This document shows, one piece after another, positions 21,397-31,724 of a stretch of 64,000 nucleotides of DNA. The translations under genes and the position numbers were made by a program. How positions within the stretch are numbered: position 1 is the stretch's first letter; each line of letters opens with the position of its first letter. The notes under the pieces were generated by a model. It searched no databases, was not told the DNA's origin, and saw only the letters and a program-made list of their open reading frames with translations. Source of the DNA: an uncultured bacterium (lineage in GTDB: Bacteria; Patescibacteriota; Minisyncoccia; SW-4-49-11); contig CALMJI010000018.1 of NCBI GenBank assembly GCA_937864235.1, positions 8,939 through 72,938 on the forward strand, written 5' to 3'.

Positions 21397-22200
21397 CTAT
21401 TTAGTATGTGCAGACTTATATCTTATCAATAACAGCCCTATAGTTGTTAGTATTATAATAAATATTGCAATTAACTGAGTGATAGTAAGCCCATTAATTC
21501 TTAATATACTATATTGGGGGTCTGTAGTTTGCCAAAAATCAGTAATAAAATGAATTAAAGAAACTCCTACTACAAAGAAGGCTGTCAAATATCCTGACCT
21601 TCTAAAATCATAGAACTTATTATATAAAAATGACATTATAATAAACAAAATTATGTAACCAAAAGCTATATATAATGCCCAAGGATGCACATAAGTATCT
21701 CCAACTAGCAATAACCATGGATATTCATTTGTTGATATAGCACCTTTATCTATAGTTATAAATAATAGTACAATATATCCAAATATCATTCCTATAGGGA
21801 TAATAGGTAAAAATGTATCAAAAAATCTTAACCATGACATACCAGATCTTTTGATAGCATCAAATCCTTGTAAATAAAACCATCCCCCTACCCAACCACC
21901 TAAGTAACCACCTATGATATTGAGTTTTCCATCATAAAAAATTTCACCCCAACTTAATATATTAACCCAATCCAAATCAACTTGTACAGTAGCTAAATAC
22001 AACATTCTAGCCCCTAGCATACTAGATATAGCAACAATACTTACTAAATTAAATATATCCTTAGTAGGGACACCTTTTCTAGTAGCTTTTTCTAAAGATA
22101 AAATCAAAACTAAACTATAAGCAAATAAAAATGATATCCCCCAAATTGGTAAATTAAGGTTATATTCACTCAAAAATTCTAAGAATTGTAAATTGAGCAT
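21397..22200 (-). CDS. lgt: Prolipoprotein diacylglyceryl transferase
   Basis: Polytopic membrane protein with Lgt-like blocks (LVSIVAISSMLGARMLY; IIGGYLGGWVGGW; HPWALYIAFGY). Confidence 0.7.
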   Translation of the reverse strand: MLNLQFLEFLSEYNLNLPIWGISFLFAYSLVLILSLEKATRKGVPTKDIFNLVSIVAISSMLGARMLYLATVQVDLDWVNILSWGEIFYDGKLNIIGGYLGGWVGGWFYLQGFDAIKRSGMSWLRFFDTFLPIIPIGMIFGYIVLLFITIDKGAISTNEYPWLLLVGDTYVHPWALYIAFGYIILFIIMSFLYNKFYDFRRSGYLTAFFVVGVSLIHFITDFWQTTDPQYSILRINGLTITQLIAIFIIILTTIGLLLIRYKSAHTK

Positions 22201-22229
22201 AGTTAGATTTATATTTTACAATATTATAT

Positions 22230-22499
22230 TTAGGCTGGAAAAACTTGCTCCCCTGTCTCATCATATAGATAAATAGCTGCGGTTGGACAAGACTGTGCTG
22301 CCAAAAGTAAAGTATCATCATCAACAGAGCTTACATCAAGAGCGGTAATATCTGTTCTATCTGAGGTAACTTCTCCACCTTTGAGCTTGAGAACTGCTTT
22401 AGCCTCTTCGTCAATTTCAAAAACATCTGGGTAAACAGCTACACAACTAGCAGCTCCTATACATTGGTCTCGGTCTATTGCTAAGGTTTTAATTGCCAT
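22230..22499 (-). CDS. Small single-cluster ferredoxin
   Basis: CIGAASC...AAQSCPTAAI cysteine pattern; 89 aa. Confidence 0.7.
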   Translation of the reverse strand: MAIKTLAIDRDQCIGAASCVAVYPDVFEIDEEAKAVLKLKGGEVTSDRTDITALDVSSVDDDTLLLAAQSCPTAAIYLYDETGEQVFPA

Positions 22500-22501
22500 A
22501 T

Positions 22502-22765
22502 TTATTTACTTAAATGATAATTATGATCTGGACTATCTTTATTATAATATATATTCTTAATTTTGTCACCACATACTTCACGAAGTTTATTTTCAACCAC
22601 CACTCCAAAGGTAATAGACGACATAGGACATCCTGAACAAGCACCTAGTAAGTTCAAGGTAAGATTACCATCTTTGAACTCTAGTATCTCTACACCACCT
22701 CCATCAGCCTCTAGCATAGGGCTAATTTCTTCTAAAACTTCTTGTATTTTGGTATATACATCCAT
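22502..22765 (-). CDS. NifU-like (Nfu) Fe-S cluster scaffold domain protein
   Basis: CSGCPMSS motif and Nfu-type fold signature; 87 aa. Confidence 0.75.
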   Translation of the reverse strand: MDVYTKIQEVLEEISPMLEADGGGVEILEFKDGNLTLNLLGACSGCPMSSITFGVVVENKLREVCGDKIKNIYYNKDSPDHNYHLSK

Positions 22766-22786
22766 AACTAGATGTAGAATATATTA

Positions 22787-23098
22787 TTATAAAGTAATAT
22801 CTGTAATTTCAACTTCAGTATAAGGTTGTCTATGTCCATTTTTAACACTATATCTAGTTTTATTCTTATATTTAAAAACTATCTGCTTTTTTCCTCTACC
22901 TTGAGTTAGTACTTTAGCTGTAACTTTAGCCTTCTCAACTTTAGGTGTACCAACGGTAATATCTGAAGCATTCTCTATTAATAAAACATCATCAAAAACT
23001 AATTCTGACCCTGCTTCTTGATCTAATTTCTCAATCTTTAAAACTGTTCCTTTTTCAACAGAATATTGTTTTCCACCGGTACGAATAATTGCAAACAT
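22787..23098 (-). CDS. rplU: 50S ribosomal protein L21
   Basis: MFAIIRTGGKQYSVEKG L21 N-terminus. Confidence 0.9.
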   Translation of the reverse strand: MFAIIRTGGKQYSVEKGTVLKIEKLDQEAGSELVFDDVLLIENASDITVGTPKVEKAKVTAKVLTQGRGKKQIVFKYKNKTRYSVKNGHRQPYTEVEITDITL

Positions 23099-23176
23099 AC
23101 TAATTAATTATCTAACATTAAAATTTATTATACAATGATCGATGCCTTTTGTCAATATTAAATTAGAGATTATTTA

Positions 23177-25468
23177 TTAAATAAAATGCTTTTGGATTAA
23201 ATCTATTTCTGTATTTACTTCTTCGTCTGAAAGTGATTTATCTAAATCTCTAAATTCTAGATGGAAAGTATAGTTAGTAAAATCTCCATTTTGGAATTTA
23301 TCTCTAAAACCTATATAGTAACATCTTGGGGAGACTAAAGTTTGAATTATATTATATATATCTTGAGCTGAACTTGTATTTGGCACTGTTACTGTAATAT
23401 CTCTTTTTACAGCTGGATATTTTGGAATTGATTGATATTTCTCCATCATTGTAGATAAAATATTAACCAGAACAGTTAAGTCTATTTCTATTATACCGGA
23501 TGCATCTACCCAACCAACTGGTTGTTCTGAATAATGAATAATATTATTAGATTCAATCAATTTAGTAGAAAACTTGGTGTAATCAAAACCTAGTTGAGCG
23601 ATTACTCTTAGAAAATCTGTATAGGTTTGGTTAGCATTAATATTATTATCATTTTCTTTATAATAATAACCTAAGCTCAAATGTAAATGTTGCTCCGAAG
23701 TAAAGACATTACTAATTTCAAATAATTTTAGGGTATCTGTATATTTTGCATTATTATCTATTGCTTTTGTCATAGACTTGATTAGATTTTGTCTTAGATA
23801 TGGCTTTGTCTCATCTACTGGATTTACTAATTGTAGAGAGCCTTCTCCAGTATATGGATAGGTTAAGATTTCTGTATAACCAATTTTAGCCAATTCTTCA
23901 GATAATTGTCGTTTGAAATTAAATACCATATCTGATTTATTTTGTATTTTAGTAATATCTAATTTAGCTGGGATATTATCATATCCGTATATTCTTGCTA
24001 TTTCTTCAATATATTCTTCTGGGGTATTTAGATCTAATCTCCAATATGGAGCTGTTAGATTATATTTTTTGGAACCAAATGCTTTATGTGCTTCTATATT
24101 TAATGATTTTAATATCTGATTAATATCATTATCACCAATATCTGTTCCTATATATTTTCTAATATAGTCATAATCTAAATGAACTATTGAGTGCTCAGTT
24201 CGATTATCACCATGATTATTATAACCAAGAGTTTCTAATCCAGATTTTTCAACTAGATTAATAATTCTCTGAATTGCAACATCGGCAAGTTCGACTGGAA
24301 TTTGTCTCTCAAATCTTTTGGCTGATTCGGTTAAGAGTTTTAATCTTCTGGCTGTTTTACGAATGCGACTATGGTCAAAATTAGCACTTTCAATCAACAC
24401 ACGAGTAGTGCCATCTCCTACTGATGTAGAGAGACCACCCAGGATTCCAGCTAGAGCTATAATTTCCTCTGAGTCACAAATCACAATATCTCCATCTTCT
24501 AGTAATATTTCGGCTCCATCTAGAGCATTCAAGATCTCTCCCTTCTTAGCCTCTCTTACTATAATGCTATCCCCCTTGACTTTTTCAGCATCAAATATAT
24601 GTACTGGTTGACCTGTTTCAAACAGAATATAATTACCTAGATCAACAGCTGGATGGTGAGTCTTCTGGTTTAAAATAGCTAAAGTTTGATGAATATTAAA
24701 ATCTAATTTGAATATATCAGTTTGTACATACAAATCTACTCTATATGTACCTTTACTTAATATATTGGAGTCAAATTTATATTTACTAAGTCCTGAAAGT
24801 TCTAATAGTGAATAATACTGACATAAATTAGTCTTAATTTTAATGTTTTTTTTGAGTTTTTGTTTAAATGGAATTGGAGACAATTCCATTGGTTGCAATT
24901 GGTTATTTGTAATTAAAGCAACTTCTCTTGCTACACCATAAAACGATGATGAGTCGCTAGCTCGAGTTCCTAGTCCTTTATTATCTATGTCAATAATTAC
25001 CTCATTCAACCCTAGAACCTCTGCTACTGGAGTCCCAACCTCAGCAAGACCTGGTAAAACTAAAATTCCATCTGATGCATCTTGCAATCCTAGTTCTTGG
25101 GCGGAACAAATCATTCCAAATGAATCTTGTCCTCTTAAATTTACAGCTTGAATATTAAGGCCATTTGGTAGAGTCGCTCCAATTTTAGCTACTGCCACTT
25201 TCTGGCCTAATTCTATATTCTTAGCTCCACATACTATAGTCAAAGCTTCATTATTTCCTACTGATACTTCGGCAATATTGAGCTTGTCAGCATTAGGATG
25301 TGGAGTTACTTTTTGTATATGGCCAACTACTACATTCTTGAGAGCCTCACCTGGATTATAAACTGAGTCAACTTCGTAACTTTTGAGTGTTATTAAATCT
25401 GCTAATTCTTCTGGTGACTGCTTTAATGTTGGAACAAAGTTTTTTATAATTGAGTATGGAATTTTCAT
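23177..25468 (-). CDS. pheT: Phenylalanine--tRNA ligase beta subunit
   Basis: tRNA-binding N-terminus, B3/4 and B5 domains; 763 aa; overlaps pheS by 4 nt. Confidence 0.9.
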   Translation of the reverse strand: MKIPYSIIKNFVPTLKQSPEELADLITLKSYEVDSVYNPGEALKNVVVGHIQKVTPHPNADKLNIAEVSVGNNEALTIVCGAKNIELGQKVAVAKIGATLPNGLNIQAVNLRGQDSFGMICSAQELGLQDASDGILVLPGLAEVGTPVAEVLGLNEVIIDIDNKGLGTRASDSSSFYGVAREVALITNNQLQPMELSPIPFKQKLKKNIKIKTNLCQYYSLLELSGLSKYKFDSNILSKGTYRVDLYVQTDIFKLDFNIHQTLAILNQKTHHPAVDLGNYILFETGQPVHIFDAEKVKGDSIIVREAKKGEILNALDGAEILLEDGDIVICDSEEIIALAGILGGLSTSVGDGTTRVLIESANFDHSRIRKTARRLKLLTESAKRFERQIPVELADVAIQRIINLVEKSGLETLGYNNHGDNRTEHSIVHLDYDYIRKYIGTDIGDNDINQILKSLNIEAHKAFGSKKYNLTAPYWRLDLNTPEEYIEEIARIYGYDNIPAKLDITKIQNKSDMVFNFKRQLSEELAKIGYTEILTYPYTGEGSLQLVNPVDETKPYLRQNLIKSMTKAIDNNAKYTDTLKLFEISNVFTSEQHLHLSLGYYYKENDNNINANQTYTDFLRVIAQLGFDYTKFSTKLIESNNIIHYSEQPVGWVDASGIIEIDLTVLVNILSTMMEKYQSIPKYPAVKRDITVTVPNTSSAQDIYNIIQTLVSPRCYYIGFRDKFQNGDFTNYTFHLEFRDLDKSLSDEEVNTEIDLIQKHFI

Positions 25469-26445
25469 AATTGTATTTTACCTAATTGAGATGCAAATCT
25501 AATATCAGCAGAGTGTATTAATCTAATGTCATCAATACCATATAAAATCATAGCTAATCGCTCTACACCAAAACCGAAGGCAAATCCTTGTATATTGGGA
25601 TCAGTAATTCCTCCATTCTCTAATACCTTACGATTCACCATCCCAGCCCCAGCAATTTCTAGCCATTTATCCTCTAGCCAAATATCTATTTCAAAACTAG
25701 GTTCCGTAAAAGGGAAATAGCTAGGCCTTAGTCTAATTTTGACATCTTGTTGAAATAATTCTTTGAAAAAGTAATTAATTACTCCTTTGAAAGTGGAAAT
25801 ACTAGCTTTATCATCCAGACACAAACCCTCTACCTGATGAAATACTGTTTCATGAGTAGAGTCTGTAGCCTCATAACGATATACTTTTCCAGGAGCTATG
25901 ATTCTAATTGGAGGCTTATTATTTTCCATATAATGAATCTGTACTGGAGAAGTGTGAGTACGAAGTAAAGATTTTATTCCTGCTGGATTTTGAACCCATA
26001 TAGTATCCCATACATCTCGAGCAGGATGGGATTCAGGGATATTCAACATATCAAAATTATACTTCTCAGATTCTAATTCTGGTCCTACTGCAACAGAAAA
26101 GCCAAGCCCAGCAAAAATATCTTGAATTTTGAATATTAATCTTGAAATAGGAGATAGCCCTCCCAACCTAGACTGCATATCTAATCGATTAATTGGATAA
26201 ATCTCTATATTAGACTCTATTTCTTGAGTTTTATTTTTGGCGACATACTCCTCAATGTCTTGCTTTAATTCATTAAGCTTCTGTCCATAAGCTGATTTTT
26301 TTTCTGGAATAATATCTTTAATTCCTTTAAATAACTCAGCAATATAACCCTTACGAGATAAATATTTATGCTCTAACTTATCTATATCTAAGGAATCCTT
26401 TTTATCATCTTTATATTCTTTTATAACCTCTTCAATTGATATCAT
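25465..26445 (-). CDS. pheS: Phenylalanine--tRNA ligase alpha subunit
   Basis: Class II aaRS motifs (FRPSYFPFTEPS; GAGMVNRKVL); 326 aa. Confidence 0.92.
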   Translation of the reverse strand: MISIEEVIKEYKDDKKDSLDIDKLEHKYLSRKGYIAELFKGIKDIIPEKKSAYGQKLNELKQDIEEYVAKNKTQEIESNIEIYPINRLDMQSRLGGLSPISRLIFKIQDIFAGLGFSVAVGPELESEKYNFDMLNIPESHPARDVWDTIWVQNPAGIKSLLRTHTSPVQIHYMENNKPPIRIIAPGKVYRYEATDSTHETVFHQVEGLCLDDKASISTFKGVINYFFKELFQQDVKIRLRPSYFPFTEPSFEIDIWLEDKWLEIAGAGMVNRKVLENGGITDPNIQGFAFGFGVERLAMILYGIDDIRLIHSADIRFASQLGKIQL

Positions 26446-26458
26446 ATTCTAAAATTTA

Positions 26459-26845
26459 TTATTTATTCTCTTGAGCGATAAAGAAAAATTCAAGTAAAAA
26501 TATCGCTATTGTTAATATTGTAGCACTAAGTATATTAAAAAGCAAAAAACCCTGTAAAGCTAATTGTAATCCAAATAAAATTCCTAAAAGTAAACCTTGT
26601 CTTTGAGATCTGAGTGCAATATAGCTGGTATCTCGATTTTTAAATAAATTATGGGATAAAAATAACCTTGTAGCATATCCTAAATATGCCGTTATAGACC
26701 ATACTATAATCACTATACAAACTAATAAAACCCAAACTAGAGATATAGGTACTTCAGTAGGATTTATCCTAAATATTATATAATAAGCTCCTCCACTTGC
26801 AATTAATAGTAATATACTATTTAACCACAAAAATAGCTTTGTCAT
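26459..26845 (-). CDS. Hypothetical 4-TM membrane protein
   Basis: Hydrophobic ORF with no recognisable motif; tightly packed between pheS and ppa. Confidence 0.5.
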   Translation of the reverse strand: MTKLFLWLNSILLLIASGGAYYIIFRINPTEVPISLVWVLLVCIVIIVWSITAYLGYATRLFLSHNLFKNRDTSYIALRSQRQGLLLGILFGLQLALQGFLLFNILSATILTIAIFLLEFFFIAQENK

Positions 26846-26850
26846 AATTT

Positions 26851-27387
26851 TTATTTATTGTCATAGGCTTGAGCACCTTTGATCAAAATTTGTTTAGCCT
26901 CTTCTCTATCTCCAAAGCCTTCAATTTTGACAAATTCATATTTACCTGGCTCTAATTTTTTATAGTCAGCCATAAATAATTCTATCTCTTTAATTAGATG
27001 TAATTCGATATCTTCTAAATCTTGAATGTGAGCTAATCGAGGATCTAACTTTGCTACAGGAACACAAATTAATTTGTGATCTATTCCTGCTTCATCACTC
27101 ATCTTAAGAACTCCTACTACTCTTGATTTAACCACACATCCTGCAAAAGTTGGCCTAGTAGCTAAAAGAATAGCATCCAAAGCATCTCCATCCTCTCCAT
27201 GTGTTTGAGGTATAAACCCATACTCAAATGGATAAATTAAAGGAGAATACAAGGTTCTGTCTAATTTAAAGTATCCTCCCTTTTCATCATATTCAAATTT
27301 GGAAGTAGAGTGCATAGGGATATCTACCACTATATTAAATTCTTCTGGTAAAGATTCTAATCTTGGTACATCAGTATATAGATTCAT
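26851..27387 (-). CDS. ppa: Inorganic pyrophosphatase (family I)
   Basis: DGDALDAILLAT and ADYKKLE motifs; 178 aa. Confidence 0.88.
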   Translation of the reverse strand: MNLYTDVPRLESLPEEFNIVVDIPMHSTSKFEYDEKGGYFKLDRTLYSPLIYPFEYGFIPQTHGEDGDALDAILLATRPTFAGCVVKSRVVGVLKMSDEAGIDHKLICVPVAKLDPRLAHIQDLEDIELHLIKEIELFMADYKKLEPGKYEFVKIEGFGDREEAKQILIKGAQAYDNK

Positions 27388-27417
27388 ATGTTTCTTTATT
27401 AATTAATTATTTAATAA

Positions 27418-28674
27418 TTATGCTTCAGACTCTGTATTATTGGTGGTATTTTCCTTCACAGCTACTGTCTCTGAAGTTTCATTTACTAACTCTTGAGCCG
27501 GAGTTATAGAAGACAAATCTTCAACCACTGGAGCTGATTCATTTTTAGATTCTGGATTAAGATTAATATCATAGCCAGTTAACCTAGAGGCCAATCTCAC
27601 ATTCTGCCCTGATCCTCCAATAGCCAAAGACAATTGATCCTTAGGTACAATTACAGTAGCTTGTCTATTATTCTCATCAATAGTAATATTTTCCACTTGA
27701 GCAGGGGCAATAGCTGCTTTTATATAGTCTTGTAAATTGTCTGAATACTCTATAATATCAATTTTCTCTCCACCTAATTCATTAATCACAGACTGGACTC
27801 TAGTTCCTCTCTGCCCTACACAAGCTCCAACCGGATCTATTCCTTCACCTTTAGCTTTTACAGCTAATTTGGTTCTGATTCCGGCATCCCTGGCAACAGA
27901 TACAATTTCTACAGTTCCTCCAAATATTTCTGGCACCTCTAAAGCAAACAAAGATTTCACAAAGTCCGTACTTCTTCTTGATAGCACAATATTAGGCTCT
28001 CTCTCTGTAGTCTCAACACTTTGAATCAAGAATTTATGCCTATTACCAACACGATAATTATCAGCATATACTTGCTCAGATGGGAATAGTAGCCCCACTC
28101 CCTTACCAAGGTCAACAAATATAATACCTCTATCCATTCTCTGAATTGTACCTGTAATAATCTCTCCGACTCTGTCCTTATAAGCCTCAAAAGCAGTGGT
28201 TCGCTCAATTTCACGAATTTTCTGCATTAATACTTGTTTGGCAGTTTGAGCAGCAATTCTACCAAAATCCTCTTTTGGCTCTAGCTCCTCAACAATTTCC
28301 TCTCCTTCTTTTATCTCTGCTTGAATAGCCTGAGCATCAGTAAGAGAAATATGTCTATCAGGATTGAATCTAATTCTTCTAACTCCATCAGAACCCTCTT
28401 CCTGAGCAGAACCAAAATCCTCAGCATTCTGGTCATCACTTAGTATAACATAACCTTCATCGTCTACATTTACTACAGTTTTATGTCTAAAGATAGAGAA
28501 AACCCCTGAATCTCTATTCAACTTAGCTTTAATAACTTGACTCTTTTCTCCATAATCTTTTTTATAAGCGGCAGCAATAGCAGTCTCAATTACTTCAATA
28601 ATTTTATCTTCTGGGATGTTTTTTTCTTCTGCGATTTGGGTGATAGCAAAAGTAAATTGTTTAGCATTCAACAT
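27418..28674 (-). CDS. nusA: Transcription termination/antitermination protein NusA
   Basis: N-terminal domain, S1 and two KH domains (GACVGQRGTRVQSV). Confidence 0.9.
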   Translation of the reverse strand: MLNAKQFTFAITQIAEEKNIPEDKIIEVIETAIAAAYKKDYGEKSQVIKAKLNRDSGVFSIFRHKTVVNVDDEGYVILSDDQNAEDFGSAQEEGSDGVRRIRFNPDRHISLTDAQAIQAEIKEGEEIVEELEPKEDFGRIAAQTAKQVLMQKIREIERTTAFEAYKDRVGEIITGTIQRMDRGIIFVDLGKGVGLLFPSEQVYADNYRVGNRHKFLIQSVETTEREPNIVLSRRSTDFVKSLFALEVPEIFGGTVEIVSVARDAGIRTKLAVKAKGEGIDPVGACVGQRGTRVQSVINELGGEKIDIIEYSDNLQDYIKAAIAPAQVENITIDENNRQATVIVPKDQLSLAIGGSGQNVRLASRLTGYDINLNPESKNESAPVVEDLSSITPAQELVNETSETVAVKENTTNNTESEA

Positions 28675-28879
28675 ATTAATATTCTTAATGTTATTATAAT
28701 AATACCATATGAAATAAAATAGATCTACTCTTTATTAAAAAAAGCAGATCTATCATAAATTTAGCCATATCATATAAAAATATTATATACTCATAATACT
28801 CAATTGTCAAATTAAAACTAGTATAAAATCTAAAAATAAGGTAATATATATTTATAAATTATTTAACCAGAATTGGTAT

Positions 28880-30106
28880 ATGAGTAAAATTATTGTAGAT
28901 GAAAAAGCTATAGATGAAATATTATCTCGTAGTATTGCCGAGATACTTCCCTCTAAAGAAGCTCTAAAAAAAGAATTGATGTCTGGGAGACAATTAAGGC
29001 TTTATATCGGAGCTGATGCTACTGGACCTGCTCTACATATTGGTCATGCCACTAATTACATATTATTAGAAAAAATTAGGAAATTAGGTCATAAAATTAT
29101 ACTTTTAATCGGAGATTTTACAGCTAGAATTGGAGACCCTACTGACAAAACTGCAACCAGAGTTCAATTGACTCGAGACCAAGTAATTGAAAATACCAAA
29201 ACTTGGATTAAGCAATTAAGTCCTATAATTTCTTTTGATGATAAAAATAATCCTGTAGAAATTGTCTATAACCATAATTGGTTGTCTAAAATGAATTTTG
29301 AGGATGTAATAGACTTAGCTTCTAATTTTACAGTACAGAGAATGTTAGAGAGAGATATGTTTGAGAAAAGATTAAAAGAAGAAAAGCCTATTTATGTGCA
29401 TGAATTTTTTTATCCCCTAATGCAAGGTTATGATAGTGTTTATCTTGATGTAGATGCCGAAATATGTGGAAATGATCAAAAATTCAATGCTCTATGTGGA
29501 AGAACTCTTTTACAAAGATATAAGCAAAAAGAAAAATTTGTGATAATCACAACTCTTTTGGAAAATCCTATCACCAAGGAAAAAATGATGTCCAAAAGCC
29601 TTGGGACTGGAGTGTTTCTAAATATGAGCTATATTGATATGTATGGAAAAATAATGGCTCAACCCGATGAGAATATATATCAGCTTTTTGTAGATTGTAC
29701 TTATGAAAGTTTAGAAAATATTGAAAAAATACGAAAAGATTTAAAGCTAAATCTAGTCAATCCAAAAGACTTAAAAATGAAATTAGCCTTTGAAATTACC
29801 AAAATTTATCACGGCGATGAATTAGCTCAGAAAGCTCAAGAATATTTTATCAATACATTTCAAAATAAAGATATTCCAACTGAAATCAAAGAGTATAAAA
29901 CTGATAAATCTAAGGTATCCTTAATTGAAATTTTACTTGAAACAGGCTTAGTTGAAAGTAAAGGAGAAGCAAAAAGAGTAATAGAACAAAATGGGATAAA
30001 AATTGATGGTAAAACAGTCAATTCCAATCCAGAGCTTATAATCACCCAGCAAGGATTAGTTTTACAAAAAGGAAAAAGGAGTTTTGTGAGGGTAATTTTG
30101 AAATAA
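28880..30106 (+). CDS. tyrS: Tyrosine--tRNA ligase
   Basis: YIGADATGPALHIGHA (HIGH), KMSKSLG, and a C-terminal S4 domain. Confidence 0.88.
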   Translation: MSKIIVDEKAIDEILSRSIAEILPSKEALKKELMSGRQLRLYIGADATGPALHIGHATNYILLEKIRKLGHKIILLIGDFTARIGDPTDKTATRVQLTRDQVIENTKTWIKQLSPIISFDDKNNPVEIVYNHNWLSKMNFEDVIDLASNFTVQRMLERDMFEKRLKEEKPIYVHEFFYPLMQGYDSVYLDVDAEICGNDQKFNALCGRTLLQRYKQKEKFVIITTLLENPITKEKMMSKSLGTGVFLNMSYIDMYGKIMAQPDENIYQLFVDCTYESLENIEKIRKDLKLNLVNPKDLKMKLAFEITKIYHGDELAQKAQEYFINTFQNKDIPTEIKEYKTDKSKVSLIEILLETGLVESKGEAKRVIEQNGIKIDGKTVNSNPELIITQQGLVLQKGKRSFVRVILK

Positions 30107-30152
30107 TTGTCCCTTTGTATAAACTTTAGTAAAGTTTATTGCTCAATCGTCT

Positions 30153-30200
30153 ATCCACCTCCGGCACTCCGTGCCACCTCCTCCTAAGGAGGACAAAAAA
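30153..30200. repeat. Second copy of the conserved hairpin element ATCCACCTCCGGC-hairpin-GCCACCTCCTCC-AAGGAGGACA
   Basis: Near-identical to 13845-13890. The internal hairpin differs between copies (GGCC-TAAA-GGCC versus GGCAC-TCC-GTGCC) while pairing is preserved. Confidence 0.6.
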
Positions 30201-30252
30201 TTAAGAGTATCAATCCCCTCTTAAACTGGTAAGGACAAGCCTTGGACTAACT

Positions 30253-30270
30253 GTCTCCCTTTGGAGGGAG
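30253..30270. repeat. 18-nt exact repeat GTCTCCCTTTGGAGGGAG (hairpin CTCCC-TTTGGA-GGGAG); second copy at 55789-55806
   Basis: Identical 18-mer found at two distant intergenic sites. Confidence 0.6.
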
Positions 30271-30284
30271 AAAAATAAAAATAC

Positions 30285-31445
30285 TTACAACCCAAATCTT
30301 CCTCTTGCTGCGTTGAAGTTATGTTGTATTTCACTTAAAGACAATACTCTATTATAAATTTGTAATGAAGAAATATTCCCTCTATAGGCCTGGATATCTC
30401 CAGACTGCCTTACCCCTAAGTAGTTGTTATCTGTAGTGATTGCTGGGGTATTTAATCCATTAGTATTAAATACCAGAGGAGAGTTGTTCCAATACATATT
30501 AAAATTAGATATATTTGTACTTCCAGACCCCATATATGTTATCGTTAACATTCCCCATAGATTTGGGGTGGGATAAAATGAAGTTTTTGCTTTTACCCAA
30601 CCATTATTATTTGCAATATAAAGTCCTTCATATCCAGAATTTAGTTGATTTACATAAGCAATTCCAAGAGTAGATGTACCAGATGATCTTAATGTAATCA
30701 TTCTATGAAAATCAGCTTGAGTTCCCACTTTGGGTTTTGGATTAACACTCATCCATAAATTTATGGTAAATGGATTAGAAGTTGATATAAAATAAGAAGA
30801 TCCTAAATTAATAAAATCATCAACTCCATCAAAAACCAAACTACCTAGATTAGCACTATTATATCCAACCCCATTCACAAGTGTTACATTATTATTTCCA
30901 CTAAGATCAAACCAAGTTGTCCCTGTCCCTGGATAGCTTGCTGCATTCCCTGCATCTAGGTGTAAAACTAGTCCATTATTTATTACATATGGATTAATTG
31001 AAATTAATCTATTCTCTGATAAATCTGCAGATACTCCTACTTTATTATTATTAGGATTTATTACTACATTATATCCTGTATTTGCTCCTGTTGCTTGGGG
31101 GTCTTTTGGGATGCCTGCTATGTATGTTGGGACTAATTCTCTCAAATCTGCTCTATCAGTACAGTTTGTTGATCCTCCTACCTGCTCTACTCCTGTATTA
31201 CATATATATCTAGGCGTTGTACTTATACTATTTGGATATCTTCCATTATCTATTAGATATTGTTCTAAGGCTTTATATATTGTATTTACATCTGACCTTC
31301 TTTGTGCATTCCTTGCTTGGGCTATTTGCCTGTTTGGATTTATGGCTACTAATACTATTGCTGCTAATATTCCTATTGCTGCTATTACTAAGAGTATCTC
31401 TAATAATGTAAATCCTTTTCTTGTTCTTTTATGATTTTGTATCAT
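30285..31445 (-). CDS. Type IV pilin-like protein with class III signal/N-methylation site and a C-terminal LamG (concanavalin A-like lectin) domain
   Basis: N-terminal RKG-FTLLEILLVIAAIGILAAIV (G/F cleavage site, Glu at +5). C-terminal roughly 230 aa with LamG-type beta-sandwich motifs (LVFDGVDDFINLG; NISSLQIYNRVLS). Confidence 0.8.
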   Translation of the reverse strand: MIQNHKRTRKGFTLLEILLVIAAIGILAAIVLVAINPNRQIAQARNAQRRSDVNTIYKALEQYLIDNGRYPNSISTTPRYICNTGVEQVGGSTNCTDRADLRELVPTYIAGIPKDPQATGANTGYNVVINPNNNKVGVSADLSENRLISINPYVINNGLVLHLDAGNAASYPGTGTTWFDLSGNNNVTLVNGVGYNSANLGSLVFDGVDDFINLGSSYFISTSNPFTINLWMSVNPKPKVGTQADFHRMITLRSSGTSTLGIAYVNQLNSGYEGLYIANNNGWVKAKTSFYPTPNLWGMLTITYMGSGSTNISNFNMYWNNSPLVFNTNGLNTPAITTDNNYLGVRQSGDIQAYRGNISSLQIYNRVLSLSEIQHNFNAARGRFGL

Positions 31446-31616
31446 ATATGTATATTAGTTTATATTGCTTTCTATATATTATTTTACCCCCCCGGAGCTT
31501 TTGTCAAGTTTTTTGAATGGTTTTTATATATATTTTTTGTTATATACCTTAGTTTGGGTTTTGGCAACGGTTGCAATTGTGGATATGTTTGGGTTGTAAT
31601 TGTGAATATTAAATTA

Positions 31617-31720
31617 TCTACCCTACCTCTTCGGGGACTTACTCCTAAGGGGAACAGAAAGCAAGCTACAAAAACAGCCCCCTCCACCTGCGGGTAATCC
31701 CTCCAAAAGGAGAGAAAACA
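31617..31720. repeat. GC-rich degenerate member of the CCTCC/GGAGG hairpin-repeat family in the pilin upstream region
   Basis: CTACCCTACC, CCTCTTCGGGG, and CCACCTGCGGG...CCCTCCAAAAGGAG, which resembles the 13845/30153 element. Confidence 0.4.
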
Positions 31721-31724
31721 AATA

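Noticed and set aside
28675-28879. Possible T-box riboswitch upstream of tyrS
   Set aside because: Region is AT-rich with only a TAGATCT/AGATCTA hairpin. No T-box consensus, specifier or antiterminator structure seen.
31600-31720. Resemblance of CCTGCGG / CACCTCC / CGTAGG motifs to the 16S rRNA 3' end
   Set aside because: Motif order and spacing do not match the 16S 3' terminus (GTAGCCGTAGGGGAACCTGCGGCTGGATCACCTCCTT). These are better explained as the CCTCC/GGAGG hairpin-repeat family.
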